Assembly (NCBI GenBank): GCA_026770705.1 | Contig: JANJGN010000013.1 | Span: 100,998,001-101,062,000, forward strand | Source: Isurus oxyrinchus | Lineage: Eukaryota | Reading direction: 5' to 3' | Length of the DNA stretch: 64,000 nt | Shown here: one piece after another, positions 63,804-64,000 of the stretch | Layout of the letters: each line of letters opens with the position of its first letter | Position numbering within the stretch: the stretch's first letter is position 1 | Made by a program: the position numbers and the translations under genes | The notes under the pieces: generated by a model | Databases searched by the model: none | The model's input: the letters and a program-made list of their open reading frames with translations, nothing else | Told to the model about the DNA's origin: nothing

Positions 63804-63870
63804 AATAGAGCTTATTTCATTTCATTAGCTAAAATTAATTTTGATCATTTTGTGATTTAACACTGCAATC
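62385..63870. repeat. Diverged edge copy of the basic unit
   Basis: Collinear with the long intron but with many substitutions and an internal deletion near 63010. Contains only one ~480-bp module. Confidence 0.85.
63600..63803 (+). CDS. Last, diverged unit: one GPTPFGG exon and a donor-less D-type exon
   Basis: Exon 63600-63656 reads GPTPFGGTGRPLTSETTIS (AG/GTGATT). D-like 63747-63803 reads AKTATTVTGVLPAPESGIT and is followed by AATAG with no GT. Confidence 0.72.
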
Positions 63871-64000
63871 TGGGGCAGAATTTTTCCGTTGGCGTGCAGG
63901 GGATGGGAACCACACGCTGATGCATAAAATGACACGCGGTGACGTCGGGTGCATGTCAGTGATATATCAGCGATATATCAGTGGGTGGGCGAGCGACGAT
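63871..64000. mobile_element. Possible start of an interspersed repeat (unclassified), cut by the window edge
   Basis: Abrupt switch from the AT-rich D-E intron homolog to GC/CpG-richer sequence beginning GGGGCAGAATTTT. Only 130 nt are visible. Confidence 0.35.

Overview
Eukaryotic genomic DNA from a vertebrate, probably a cartilaginous fish (inferred from the style of the repeats, not verified). Most of the window (1-57897 and 62385-63870) is an AT-rich hierarchical tandem array. It is the interior of a single + strand spliced gene that the ORF track cannot see. I count 112 symmetric phase-1 microexon copies of 57 or 60 nt (two shortened to 48 nt), in three sequence classes encoding Gly/Pro/Thr/Ser-rich 19-20 aa mucin-like repeats: GPTPFGGTGRPRTSETTIS, VRTLTTVTGVLPASETSIS and GPTQATGTGFAMVSETRIT. 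All 62 GPTPFGG-class exons keep AG/GT and an open frame, while the other two classes are repeatedly disabled by independent lesions. Repeat periods are nested at ~147 bp, ~482 bp, ~2.74 kb and 6.29/7.75 kb. Two retroelements interrupt the array. The first is a 5'-truncated Penelope-like element (23588-25699) with RT, GIY-YIG, an 11-bp TSD and a degenerate hammerhead. The second is a 3'-truncated endogenous retrovirus-like element on the - strand (57898-62384) with an LTR, a tRNA-Asn PBS, a gag carrying PPxY/PTAP/LYPxL motifs and a CCHC knuckle, then protease, RT and a degenerate RNase H tether. No start or terminal exon of the host gene is visible. All coordinates and counts were read by eye and no database searches were run.
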